Positions 9,758 through 19,750 of a stretch of 64,000 nucleotides of DNA are shown here, piece by piece. Made by a program: the position numbers and the translations under genes. Each line of letters starts with the position of its first letter. The stretch's first letter is position 1. Source of the DNA: a virus (Duplodnaviria; Heunggongvirae; Uroviricota; Caudoviricetes); the IMG/VR virus record IMGVR_UViG_3300042549_006728, one strand, 5' to 3'. A model generated the notes under the pieces. It was not told the DNA's origin and made no database searches. It saw only the letters and a program-made list of their open reading frames with translations.

Positions 9758-11332
9758 ATGATTAGTGTAGTATTCTCAACAAGAACTGATAACCAAAAAC
9801 ATATTAACCATTTAAAGCATTCATCAGGATTATCTAAAAATATAGAAATTTTACAATATGTTAATAATGGAGAATATTCGTTAACTGAAATATATAATAG
9901 AGGCTTAAAAGATTCTAAATATGACATTGTAATTTTCTGTCATGATGATATTCTATTTAATAAGGATGGTTGGGGTAAAAAAATAATTAATCACTTTAAT
10001 CGCAGTGACTTTTCTATCTTAGGTATTGCAGGAACTACTGATATACCTTTATCAGGTAAATGGTGGGAAGATAGCACCAAAATGGTAGGTATTGTAAAAC
10101 ACTCTAATGGTGGTAGAACTTGGGAATCCAAGTATTCATCGAATTTCGGTGATGATATTTTAGAAGTGGTAACTACTGATGGATTATTTTTTGCGTGTCA
10201 CAAACAAAGAATAAAAACAGATTTCGATGAGAATTTAAAAGGTTTTCACTTCTACGACATAGATTTTACTTATAACAATCATCTACTAGGTTCAAAAGTG
10301 GGGGTAATCTTTGATGTTAAAGTTACACATATGTCTATAGGTGAGACTAATTCTCAATGGGAAAGTAATCGTCTACAGTTTGTTGAGAAATATAAAGATA
10401 GTTTACCTCATAAAATTGAACCTGAAATAAGGGTAGAACACAAAGAAATCAATTTAAAAGAAACCCCAAAATTATCGATAATTATACCAACTAAAGGTAA
10501 TGTTGATTTTTTAAAACAATGTATTGACTCTATATATGATAATGATGGGTATACTATGTTTAAAATTTATATTGCAGATACAGGATCAACTGAAGAAGAA
10601 ATTAATATCATTAAAGAATATATTTCTAAAATGGGTGATCAGATAAAATTAATTGAGTACGATTATTATAATTTTGCCAAAATAAATAATGATGTAGTCA
10701 ATAATCATATAGAAAAAGATACTGAAGTTTTATTATTTTGTAATAATGATATTAAGTTAGTAAATAATGCAATCACTAAAATGATTGATACCTATAATAA
10801 AAATAAAAACACTGTGGGTACTATTGGTGCCAGATTACATTATGGTAACAACACCATACAACACTCAGGAATTATAATGTATATATCACAAAATGGTAGA
10901 GTTAATGGACAAAAACGTTTAGTAAATATACATTTATCTCATTATGGGTTGCGTTCATACTATAACTACCATGTAGACACTAAAAAAGATGTATTTGGTA
11001 ATACTGCTGCATTTATGATGATATCTAAAAATCTTTTTTTGGATATTGGTGGCTTTAATACTTCATACAATGAATGTTTCGAAGATGTCCAATTAAATGT
11101 TGAATGCATTAGTAGAAATAAAGTAAATATATTTGTTGGTGAATCTGTATGTTATCACTATGAAAGTATAACTAGAAATAAAAGTGAGGAAAAATTAAAA
11201 AGAGAGTCAGAAGACTACACAAAAAGAATAATACCTTTTATTCTTAATAATAAAAAAACATTTGACTACTTCACTAATATAAAAAGAAAAGATTTTGAAA
11301 ATTTAATCGGAAATGGAAACACCCCTAATTAA
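9758..11332 (+). CDS. two-domain GT-A (GT2-like) glycosyltransferase
   Basis: N-domain FCHDDI...FHFYDID; C-domain SIIIPTK...DTGST...FCNNDI...GGF...EDV. Confidence 0.85.
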   Translation: MISVVFSTRTDNQKHINHLKHSSGLSKNIEILQYVNNGEYSLTEIYNRGLKDSKYDIVIFCHDDILFNKDGWGKKIINHFNRSDFSILGIAGTTDIPLSGKWWEDSTKMVGIVKHSNGGRTWESKYSSNFGDDILEVVTTDGLFFACHKQRIKTDFDENLKGFHFYDIDFTYNNHLLGSKVGVIFDVKVTHMSIGETNSQWESNRLQFVEKYKDSLPHKIEPEIRVEHKEINLKETPKLSIIIPTKGNVDFLKQCIDSIYDNDGYTMFKIYIADTGSTEEEINIIKEYISKMGDQIKLIEYDYYNFAKINNDVVNNHIEKDTEVLLFCNNDIKLVNNAITKMIDTYNKNKNTVGTIGARLHYGNNTIQHSGIIMYISQNGRVNGQKRLVNIHLSHYGLRSYYNYHVDTKKDVFGNTAAFMMISKNLFLDIGGFNTSYNECFEDVQLNVECISRNKVNIFVGESVCYHYESITRNKSEEKLKRESEDYTKRIIPFILNNKKTFDYFTNIKRKDFENLIGNGNTPN

Positions 11333-11960
11333 CATATTAACTAGAACATCTAATAGACCTAAAGGGTTTAAAATTAATGTTGAAAATATAAAAAATCAGA
11401 CATACAAAAATATTAACCATATTGTCTGTACTGATAATAAAGATTCTATAAACTATATTAAAGAAAATGGTATAGAAAATTTTATTTTTATAGATAGAGA
11501 GGAGATTATTAAAAATGATAAATCCCCAAACCCGCACACTGGAGTATATTCACCACATAACCTTTATTTTAATGAAATGATAAAATTGGTTAATGAGGGA
11601 TGGGTAATTTATTTAGATGATGACGATAGATTTACTTCATTAGATACAGTAGAAAAAATAGTTAATATTATTAATGAATGTAATGAAGATTTTTTAATCT
11701 ATTGGAGAATGATTTATTCGAATGGTGTAGTGTTACCAGTGGATATGTCAAATGGTAGATATCCATTCATAGGTGGTATTGGTGGATCGTGTTTTACTTT
11801 TAATAGTAAATATCGAAATTTATCTATATGGGATGGATGGAAATGTGGTGATTTTAGAGTAATCAAAAAATTACATGATAATATACCAAATAAAGTATGG
11901 GTACCTGAAAATTTTATTTTTGTACCATCACAGGGTTTTGGATTAAAAGAAGATTTATAA
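11313..11960 (+). CDS. GT2-family glycosyltransferase
   Basis: INILTRTSNRP, QTYKNI, YLDDDD. Confidence 0.8.
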   Translation: METPLINILTRTSNRPKGFKINVENIKNQTYKNINHIVCTDNKDSINYIKENGIENFIFIDREEIIKNDKSPNPHTGVYSPHNLYFNEMIKLVNEGWVIYLDDDDRFTSLDTVEKIVNIINECNEDFLIYWRMIYSNGVVLPVDMSNGRYPFIGGIGGSCFTFNSKYRNLSIWDGWKCGDFRVIKKLHDNIPNKVWVPENFIFVPSQGFGLKEDL

Positions 11961-12601
11961 TGGATTTTTTTAACGATAATAACACAGAAATTTTAATAGT
12001 AAATTATAATACACCAGATTATATTATAAGATTACATAGTCAAATAAGAGAATATATTTCTTCGGAAATAACAATTAATATTATTGACGGTAGTGATGAA
12101 AAATTAAAAATTAGGGGTGATGAGTTCCCTCAATTGAATAAAAGAATGGAACTTATTTTAAAAGAAGATAAGTTTACTAACCACCATTTAATAGGATACA
12201 ATATCCATCATGGTCCAGGTATGGATTATGGATTAAAAAAAATACAGAAAAAATATGTCTTAATTTTAGATTCAGATGTTGAAGTTTGTAACAAAGGTTT
12301 ATTAAATATTTTTTCTAAAAATATCACAAAAGAATTTTATACTATAGGTAGAATAGTGACAGTTGATGATGGTGGAAATAATACCCATAAAAATGGGTAT
12401 AAATATGTTCACCCTAGTACAATGATGTTGGATAGGGAATTTTATATGGGATTTGATATACCTTTTATAAAACACGGTGCACCATGTTTGAATTTTATGA
12501 AAAAAATAAACCCTAAATTTTTAATAGATATTAAGAATATTGATGATTATGTGAAATACGTTGGTCGAGGTACTAGAAAATTTTTTGGTATGAATTTATA
12601 A
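11960..12601 (+). CDS. GT2-like glycosyltransferase
   Basis: LIVNYNT, IIDGS, HHGPGMD, LILDSD. Confidence 0.75.
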   Translation: MDFFNDNNTEILIVNYNTPDYIIRLHSQIREYISSEITINIIDGSDEKLKIRGDEFPQLNKRMELILKEDKFTNHHLIGYNIHHGPGMDYGLKKIQKKYVLILDSDVEVCNKGLLNIFSKNITKEFYTIGRIVTVDDGGNNTHKNGYKYVHPSTMMLDREFYMGFDIPFIKHGAPCLNFMKKINPKFLIDIKNIDDYVKYVGRGTRKFFGMNL

Positions 12602-12617
12602 AAATATTGAATAAGTT

Positions 12618-13310
12618 ATGAAGATAAGTTTTAATATGGCAACTATGCCTGAAAGGTTGAGTGGGGCAATAAAAACAATAGAATCTATTTATGATCAGGC
12701 AGACATAATAAGGTTGTATTTAAATAAATTTGATGAGGTACCTAATGAATTTAAAAGAGATAAAATTGTTACTCACATAGGAGATGATTTGAGATCGACA
12801 GGTAAATTGTTTTGGGCGTTAAATAAAGATGAGTATTATTTTTGTATTGATGACGACTTAATTTATCCACCAACGTATTCTAATGATATGATTAGTAAAT
12901 TAAATGAGTATAATGATGAAATAATTGTATCGTTACATGGTAAAATTTTAAAAGATGGTATAAAAAATAGTTATTTTAGGGATTTAAAATTAGGTCTACA
13001 TTGTTTACATGATGTGAATGTAGATACTTGGGTACATGTAATTGGTAACGGTGTTAGTACATTTAATACTAATAAAATTGTAATTGATTATAAAAAATTT
13101 AAATATAACTATATGGACGATATTATGGTATCATTAGAAGTACAAAAACAAAATAAAGGTGCTTTAGTGATGGCACATAAATCAAACTATCTATTATATA
13201 ATGCACCAAAAGGGGGTACATTACATGGTGAATATGCCAATAACGATTCGACTCAAACAGAAATGGTTAATAGTATTGAGTGGGAAATATTACAAAAACC
13301 TAAAATTTAA
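12618..13310 (+). CDS. GT-A fold glycosyltransferase
   Basis: SFNMATMPER, FCIDDDLIYP DxD motif. Confidence 0.75.
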   Translation: MKISFNMATMPERLSGAIKTIESIYDQADIIRLYLNKFDEVPNEFKRDKIVTHIGDDLRSTGKLFWALNKDEYYFCIDDDLIYPPTYSNDMISKLNEYNDEIIVSLHGKILKDGIKNSYFRDLKLGLHCLHDVNVDTWVHVIGNGVSTFNTNKIVIDYKKFKYNYMDDIMVSLEVQKQNKGALVMAHKSNYLLYNAPKGGTLHGEYANNDSTQTEMVNSIEWEILQKPKI

Positions 13311-13313
13311 AAT

Positions 13314-14021
13314 ATGGAAAAATATATTATAGGAACTGGATGGTGGTGTGATGGTAGCGGCACCCACACACACAGTAAACACCAACCTTATGTAGATAAA
13401 AAAACTAGACAAGTAGAATTTTTTGATTTATGGTATAAATCTGTTATGAAATTTACTAACCCACATAATATTGTTGTTATTGATTCGAATAGTCCAATAA
13501 AACCCAATATTATAGATAAAGAAAATGTTAAATTATTTTCTTTAAATCAAAATTATGGTGCTGCGGTAGATGGTACCAGTAAAGGTATTTTATCGGGTTG
13601 GGATAGAAGTGTTTTACTTTCCGCAAGTATTTCTTTTTTGGAAGATGTAGATTATTTTGTTTACGTAGAACAAGATTGTGTTTTATGGGGTACAAATATA
13701 ATTGAGGATATAATTCGTAGTATGGGTGATAAAAAAATTGCGTTAGGTAGTGGAATTGGTACACCTCAGCCAATACAACAGTCTTTAATTGTAGTAAAAA
13801 GAGAATATATTCCTACATTTTTAAAACTAGAGTTTGATAATGATAAAGAAAATTTAAAAATATCGCCAGAAAATAGATATTATAAACATTTTACAAACGA
13901 TATAAAATTTTTAGAAATAGATTATGGTAGAAAAAGACCCATAGATTTCAATAAAAAACAATTCTATATACAACATTTAAACACTAGTGAATTAGAGCAA
14001 TATAAAAATAAATTGTTATGA
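13314..14021 (+). CDS. glycosyltransferase-like protein
   Basis: VVIDSNS and YFVYVEQDC (ExD in the DxD position), located in the GT cluster. Confidence 0.5.
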   Translation: MEKYIIGTGWWCDGSGTHTHSKHQPYVDKKTRQVEFFDLWYKSVMKFTNPHNIVVIDSNSPIKPNIIDKENVKLFSLNQNYGAAVDGTSKGILSGWDRSVLLSASISFLEDVDYFVYVEQDCVLWGTNIIEDIIRSMGDKKIALGSGIGTPQPIQQSLIVVKREYIPTFLKLEFDNDKENLKISPENRYYKHFTNDIKFLEIDYGRKRPIDFNKKQFYIQHLNTSELEQYKNKLL

Positions 14022-14587
14022 GTAAATTTAAGATAAATACGAAGGGTTATTGGGAAAGTGATACATCATATGGGCATCATTTTGACGGTGGTATATATAA
14101 TGGTATTGTTTCTTTAATTGAAAAATTTGGGGTGACAAATGTAGTTGATTTTGGATGTGGGATGGGGGATTATATAAAACGTATTATGGATTTGGGATAT
14201 AAATGTGAGGCGTATGATGGTAACCCTAACACACCTTTATTAACAAATGGAATAGGTAAAGTTTTAGATTTTTCCGAAAAGTTTAATCTTAACAGAAAAT
14301 TTGATTTAGTTATCAGTTTAGAGGTTGGTGAACACATTCCGAAAGAGTATGAAAATATTTATATCAATAACATATGTAATCATAGTAATAATTATATACT
14401 CATTAGTTGGGCAATTATTGGTCAAAGTGGTGATGGGCACGTAAATTGCCAAAACAATGATTATGTCATAAAAGAAATGGATAAAAACGGTTTTGAGTAT
14501 GACGAATTAAACAGTACCAACTTAAGGAACTTAACCACAAATGCGTGGTGGTTTAAAAATACAATAATGTTTTTTAAAAAAAAATGA
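14018..14587 (+). CDS. class I SAM-dependent methyltransferase
   Basis: VVDFGCGMG, FDLVISLEVGEHI. Confidence 0.88.
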   Translation: MSKFKINTKGYWESDTSYGHHFDGGIYNGIVSLIEKFGVTNVVDFGCGMGDYIKRIMDLGYKCEAYDGNPNTPLLTNGIGKVLDFSEKFNLNRKFDLVISLEVGEHIPKEYENIYINNICNHSNNYILISWAIIGQSGDGHVNCQNNDYVIKEMDKNGFEYDELNSTNLRNLTTNAWWFKNTIMFFKKK

Positions 14588-14698
14588 GAATAAGTTGATA
14601 CCCCTTATACTATTCATTTGTGGTATGAAAGAGTGAGTAAAAACATAACTCAAAACAGAAATCAAATTTATAATAACTTAATATTTAAATTAAAATGA
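14584..14698 (+). pseudogene. possible deletion remnant of a glycosyltransferase gene
   Basis: Coupled ATG (MRIS*) followed out of frame by VDTPYTIHLWYERVSKNITQNRNQIYNNLIFKLK*. Confidence 0.35.
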
Positions 14699-14740
14699 AT
14701 TTATAGTTTATAAATTGAAAAAATATATTAATATTTAAAT

Positions 14741-15496
14741 ATGAGTAGAAATAGAAGAAAAAATAAACAACTTTCAGAGGAAGAAATCTTAGAAATGGAA
14801 GCGTTTCTTAATAGAAACAATATTGAGGAGGAAAAAGTTTTTAAAACTATAACCATCAATGTAAAATGTAAGACAGAAAATCAAAAAAAATTAGTAGACT
14901 CTATAAAAAATAATGAAATTACTATATGTAGTGGTTTACCTGGATCAGGTAAGACTTTTTTATCTTGTGCAGAGGCATTAAAACTGGTTACTCTCGAAGA
15001 AAGGTATAAAAGAATTGTACTAATAAAATCAATAACCCCATTAAAGAATGAGGAGATTGGGCATTTACCTGGAGATTTAAAAGAAAAAATGGCACCGATA
15101 ATGGAATCTTTTACTGATAATATTAGAAAATTAATTGGTAAAAGTAGAATGGATAAATTAATTGAGTTAGGTGTGATAGAAATTGTACCAATCGCATTTG
15201 CTAGAGGTAGAAGTATCGATAACTCAGTAATATTAATCGATGAGGCTCAAAATATTACATTAGATAATATACGCACACTTATGACTAGAATTGGAGATAA
15301 TTCTAAAATGGTTATTATGGGTGACGTTAAACAAAAAGATTTAAGAAATAAAAAAGATAGTTCTTTAGGTGTAGTATTAGAAAAATTTAAAGATGTTAAA
15401 GATTTTGGTTGTGTTGAATTAAGAAATCCAGAGGATGTTATTAGAAATCCTATAATAAAATTAATCGAAGAGATTTTTGAAACGTTAGAACCTTAA
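14741..15496 (+). CDS. phoH: PhoH-family ATPase
   Basis: GLPGSGKT, GHLPGDLKEK, ARGRS, IDEAQN, TRIG, GDxxQxD. Confidence 0.95.
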   Translation: MSRNRRKNKQLSEEEILEMEAFLNRNNIEEEKVFKTITINVKCKTENQKKLVDSIKNNEITICSGLPGSGKTFLSCAEALKLVTLEERYKRIVLIKSITPLKNEEIGHLPGDLKEKMAPIMESFTDNIRKLIGKSRMDKLIELGVIEIVPIAFARGRSIDNSVILIDEAQNITLDNIRTLMTRIGDNSKMVIMGDVKQKDLRNKKDSSLGVVLEKFKDVKDFGCVELRNPEDVIRNPIIKLIEEIFETLEP

Positions 15497-15497
15497 T

Positions 15498-15878
15498 ATG
15501 ATTTTTATAAGTAATAAAATTGAAGTTAGGGATTCGTTAACACACGGTAGAGGTGTTTTCGCTAAAGAAGATATTAATGAAGGTGAAATCATAGAAAATT
15601 GTCATTTTACTATTTTAGAACAACCTTTCATTTCTATCGATAAAAAATTGCAAGAATATGTGTTTGCTTGGCCAAAAACTTCTTTTGCATCAAAATCTGT
15701 TGTAGTTTGGGGTTTTGGGTCAATCTATAATCACTCTAAAAATAATAATGCTGATTGGGTGACTAGTGAAGAAAATAATTTATTTACATTTTTTGCGATA
15801 AAGAATATTAAATCGGGTGAAGAGATTTATACTAATTATGGTGAGGGATATGAAAAAGTAGTAAAAACTGTACAGTAA
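15498..15878 (+). CDS. SET-domain protein (putative protein-lysine methyltransferase)
   Basis: HGRGVFAKEDI..GE, YNHS..NNA, AIKNIKSGEEIYTNYG. Confidence 0.85.
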   Translation: MIFISNKIEVRDSLTHGRGVFAKEDINEGEIIENCHFTILEQPFISIDKKLQEYVFAWPKTSFASKSVVVWGFGSIYNHSKNNNADWVTSEENNLFTFFAIKNIKSGEEIYTNYGEGYEKVVKTVQ

Positions 15879-16045
15879 TGGGTAAGTATCTATTAAAAAC
15901 AAAAAAAGACGAAGTGATAAATAATACCACACAAGAAAATTTAGAAGTGGCATTAGAATTTTTTTCGTCATTAAAAAAAATAACCGTTAAAGAGTTATTA
16001 AAGATATATAAAGTAGAAAAATATGAAAGTAGGAATAACAATTAA
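15878..16045 (+). CDS. 55-aa hypothetical protein (not in ORF track)
   Basis: ATG overlaps the SET stop (TAATG); MGKYLLKTKKDEVIN...; fills the gap to the next gene. Confidence 0.6.
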   Translation: MGKYLLKTKKDEVINNTTQENLEVALEFFSSLKKITVKELLKIYKVEKYESRNNN

Positions 16046-16634
16046 TGGGGTAGTAAGAGATTTTATGACTAAGTTTGAATCTGTCTACGATAAATACTAT
16101 CCTTCTGAGTTAGATGAGGAACCAATCAAAAGAGAAATAACTACATCTAACCTGTTAGATCATTTTAATTTTACTGGTGGAACTGAGGAGTTAAATAAAT
16201 TTCTTTATGTCGATTCATCGTTAGAGATATTTGGTCACGCTGGTGAAACTAAATTAAATTCTGTAGAACATTTAAATCAGTTACATAACCTAATAGAGGA
16301 TATGGGACATACACCTATTGTAGTTAGTAGGGAATTAAATAATAGTAAACCTGCAACTTTATTTTTCTTATCTAAATTATCTGCAAAAATTAATAAAATT
16401 ATTTTTATTAAAGACTATGATAAAGTTTGGGATTATGTGGATGTAATAATAACTGCAGATCCTGAAATTTTAGACAATAAACCAAATAGTAAAATAACTA
16501 TAAAAGTTATTAATCACTATAATAAAGATAGTGAATCAGACTATACTATTTTGGATCTAAAAGAAATTTTAGACGATAAAAAATTATTAGAAAAAATATT
16601 AAATACTAAAACAATCGAATTTGAAGATGTTTAA
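16023..16634 (+). CDS. HAD-superfamily 5'(3')-nucleotidase-like protein, degenerate motif I
   Basis: MKVGITINGVVRDF aligns to IxIDIDGVLxDF with DxD replaced by TxN; C-terminal YNKD. Confidence 0.55.
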   Translation: MKVGITINGVVRDFMTKFESVYDKYYPSELDEEPIKREITTSNLLDHFNFTGGTEELNKFLYVDSSLEIFGHAGETKLNSVEHLNQLHNLIEDMGHTPIVVSRELNNSKPATLFFLSKLSAKINKIIFIKDYDKVWDYVDVIITADPEILDNKPNSKITIKVINHYNKDSESDYTILDLKEILDDKKLLEKILNTKTIEFEDV

Positions 16635-16678
16635 TATTTACTTATCTAAATTTTATAATAAAATAATAATAAAAACTT

Positions 16679-17017
16679 ATGGAAAACGATAATTTACTTT
16701 TAGAGATTGGCGGAAAAGAACTTTATTTCGATATTGACAAACTTTCAGATGTTGTTAAAATAGAAAATAAAGTAGTAGACAATGTTATAATAAAAAAAGA
16801 ATCCATCGATAATGGTGATGATGATATTATGGATGAAAGTGCAATCCAGATAGACATCACTAAATATGAATTATATAGAGAGATGATTGCAACTATATTA
16901 GGATATATGGACGAAATCGATGATAAAATGGGTTCAGTCGCACTTAATAAAACAAATATCCCATTTAAAATGGCGTATAATACTTTACTAATGAAGGGTA
17001 TTATAAAAGAATTATAA
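16679..17017 (+). CDS. hypothetical acidic protein
   Basis: 112-aa ORF in operon context. Confidence 0.7.
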   Translation: MENDNLLLEIGGKELYFDIDKLSDVVKIENKVVDNVIIKKESIDNGDDDIMDESAIQIDITKYELYREMIATILGYMDEIDDKMGSVALNKTNIPFKMAYNTLLMKGIIKEL

Positions 17018-17039
17018 TAACAAAAAAAAATAAACTATT

Positions 17040-18164
17040 ATGAGTGAACAATTAGAAAAAATTAAAGAATCGATCGAAAAAATAAATAATAAGGATTTTG
17101 GTATTTATTTTTTCACTATCGACACAAAAGGTAACCCAACTGCGGGAGTTGCAACAATTTACGAACACGTAAAAAAATTAAGAGATTTAGGTTACAACGC
17201 ACAAATCTTACATGATAAGGATGACTATAAACTTAGGGAAGATGAAAATGGTATTGGTATTGCGGACTGGTTAGGTGAAGAATACGCTAACTTACCACAC
17301 ATATCTATAGAATCCCAAAAATTACAAGTTGGGACTTCTGATTTTGTTGTTATACCTGAAGCGTTTGCTAGTATTATGAAACAAACAGTCAACTTCCCAT
17401 GTAAGAGAATCGTATTTTTACAATCATATGAATATATTTTTGAAATGTTAGAGATCGGTGAGGGTTGGGAACAGTTTGGTATTAAAGATGTAATTACAAC
17501 TAACGAAAATTTAAGTAAGTATGTAAATTCATTATTTAGAGGAATGACAACTGATATTATTCCATTAGGTATCCCTTCTTATTTTGAGAATGATGGTAAA
17601 CCTAAAGTACCTACCGTTGCAATGGTTGCGAGAGATAAAAGAGAATTACTGAAAATAGTAAAAATATTTTATCAAAAATATCCACACTATAGATTTCTTA
17701 CCTTTAGAGATATGTCAGGGTTACCTAGAAAGACTTTTGCTAATGAATTATCCAAATCCTTTTTAAGTGTGTGGATTGATGAGTTATCAAGTTTTGGCAC
17801 ATTCCCATTAGAATCGATAAAAACTAACACACCTGTTATCGGTAAAATACCTAGAATGGTTCCTGAGTGGATGGGGACAATCGATGAAGCAGGTAATCTT
17901 AATTTAAATGATAATGGTATATGGACGGCAAATCTTAATTCTATACCAGATATCATTGCTACTATGGTAGGACTTTATTTGGAGGACGCTTTACCACAAA
18001 ATATTATGAATGGTATGGTTGAATGGTCAGATAAATATTCTACAGAGGACTCAGATAAAATTTTGGGTGAAGTTTATGACAAAATTTTTAAGAGAAGAAT
18101 TGTTGAATTGGAATTTAGTTATCAACAAATTTCTAATACAGAAGAAAACGTAGAGGTTAAGTAA
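17040..18164 (+). CDS. GT-B glycosyltransferase-like protein
   Basis: AGVATIYEHV..L..LGY, VVIPE, SSFGTFPLES (ExFGxxPLEA-like). Confidence 0.7.
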   Translation: MSEQLEKIKESIEKINNKDFGIYFFTIDTKGNPTAGVATIYEHVKKLRDLGYNAQILHDKDDYKLREDENGIGIADWLGEEYANLPHISIESQKLQVGTSDFVVIPEAFASIMKQTVNFPCKRIVFLQSYEYIFEMLEIGEGWEQFGIKDVITTNENLSKYVNSLFRGMTTDIIPLGIPSYFENDGKPKVPTVAMVARDKRELLKIVKIFYQKYPHYRFLTFRDMSGLPRKTFANELSKSFLSVWIDELSSFGTFPLESIKTNTPVIGKIPRMVPEWMGTIDEAGNLNLNDNGIWTANLNSIPDIIATMVGLYLEDALPQNIMNGMVEWSDKYSTEDSDKILGEVYDKIFKRRIVELEFSYQQISNTEENVEVK

Positions 18165-18194
18165 AATAATAACATAAAATTAAAGTAAAAAAAT

Positions 18195-18971
18195 ATGAAT
18201 AGTATTTCATTAATAGTACCAGTACATAAATTAGAAAAAACATATTTAGATTCTTGTATAACAAGTATTAAAAATCAAAAAGAAAAACCTGATGAAGTTT
18301 TATTTGTCACATCAAATGATACAGAATTAAAAGAATATCTTAATAGTTATGATTTCGATCAAATTAAAGATATTGTTAGAATTGTAGAAAATGAAAGTGG
18401 AGATTACGGATTCCAATCACAAATGAATTACGGTGTAAAAGAAAGTAAATCAGAATATTTTACTTTTGTAGAATATGATGATGAAATATCCCCAATATGG
18501 ATTAAAAATGGTAAAGAGTATTCTGAACATTATCCTGAGGTAGGAGTATTTTTACCTATAATATATGAAACAGATGAAAATGGTAGATTTATCTCATTCA
18601 CTAATGAGAGTGTTTGGGCAAAAGATTTTTCTGAAGTAAGTGGATACTTAGATAACAACGCACTACAAAGAGTTCAAAACTTTAATTTTGACGGTATGGT
18701 TGTTAAAAAAAGTATTTATGAAGATAATGGTGGGTTAAAATCAAATATGAAATTAACATTCACATATGAATTTTTATTAAGAATGACATATTTTTCTGTT
18801 CCAGTTATGGTAATCCCTAAATTAGGTTATAAACACACAAACAATAGAGAAGGTTCACTTTTTGTGGAATATAAATCAACTATAGATGTATTAGAAAGTA
18901 AATTTTGGGTTAACAAAGCTAAAAAAGAATATTTTTACACACAAGATAGGGGAATAACATACGAAGTATAA
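18195..18971 (+). CDS. GT2-family glycosyltransferase
   Basis: ISLIVPVH, SIKNQ, NYGV, FVEYDD. Confidence 0.8.
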   Translation: MNSISLIVPVHKLEKTYLDSCITSIKNQKEKPDEVLFVTSNDTELKEYLNSYDFDQIKDIVRIVENESGDYGFQSQMNYGVKESKSEYFTFVEYDDEISPIWIKNGKEYSEHYPEVGVFLPIIYETDENGRFISFTNESVWAKDFSEVSGYLDNNALQRVQNFNFDGMVVKKSIYEDNGGLKSNMKLTFTYEFLLRMTYFSVPVMVIPKLGYKHTNNREGSLFVEYKSTIDVLESKFWVNKAKKEYFYTQDRGITYEV

Positions 18972-18978
18972 ATTTTTT

Positions 18979-19713
18979 ATGTTAGAAGAACCTAAGAAAA
19001 GAGGTAGAAAGAGAACAAACAATTTATATTTTGGTCCTGAACAGGAAGAAGCAGTAGTTAAATTTTTAACATGTGAGTCATATAACGAAAGAAATAAAAT
19101 TTATAATGAATATCTAAAAGCCCCAATAGATAAGATGGTAGAATCCATCATAAGACGATATAAATTATATAGGAAAGAGTATGAGTATGAAGATGTTCAT
19201 TCAGACACTCTTTCTTTTTTAATAACTAAAATGCACAATTTTAAACCAGATAAGAATAAAAAAGCTTATTCCTATTTTGGTACGATATGTAAACATTATC
19301 TTTTAGGTCAACTTATAAAAGACGATAAGAAGTTAAAATCTGATGTATCCTATGAAGATGTATATCGGACTGTAGAAACTATGGAAGAATTTACTTATAC
19401 CATAGATGATGACAAAATACAATTAGATACTTTTATAGATGAAATTTCTGCAAGTATTAAAGGTGAAATGAAATATAATAAATTATCTGAAATAGAACTT
19501 AAAGTTGGTTTAGCATTGACTACTATTTTAGATAACTGGGAAACTATATTTGAACAAATTGAAAGTGGTAACAAATATAACAAAAATTTAATTTTATCTT
19601 ATATAAGAGAAATATCTGATCTATCTACTAAAGATATAAGAGTAGGTATGAGAAGATTTAAGAAGATTTATGGTTTATTGAAAAACGATAAATTAGAAGA
19701 CGATTCTTTGTAA
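18979..19713 (+). CDS. phage RNA polymerase sigma factor (T4 gp55-like)
   Basis: Region-2-like YEDVHSDTLSFL...NFKPDKNKKAYSYFGTICKHYL resembles gp55-family FDPEK..AYFT; lies upstream of structural genes. Confidence 0.65.
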   Translation: MLEEPKKRGRKRTNNLYFGPEQEEAVVKFLTCESYNERNKIYNEYLKAPIDKMVESIIRRYKLYRKEYEYEDVHSDTLSFLITKMHNFKPDKNKKAYSYFGTICKHYLLGQLIKDDKKLKSDVSYEDVYRTVETMEEFTYTIDDDKIQLDTFIDEISASIKGEMKYNKLSEIELKVGLALTTILDNWETIFEQIESGNKYNKNLILSYIREISDLSTKDIRVGMRRFKKIYGLLKNDKLEDDSL

Positions 19714-19726
19714 AAATTTATTATTA

Positions 19727-19736
19727 GATATTTATA
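19727..19736 (+). promoter_or_regulatory. putative late promoter
   Basis: GATATTTATA 14 nt before ATG 19751. Confidence 0.6.
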
Positions 19737-19750
19737 GTTAAACAATAGAC

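Noticed and set aside
7324-18971. T4-style glucosyl-hmC DNA modification pathway
   Set aside because: No dCMP hydroxymethylase or dCTPase recognised in the window and ThyA looks canonical; DNA as GT target remains possible but unsupported
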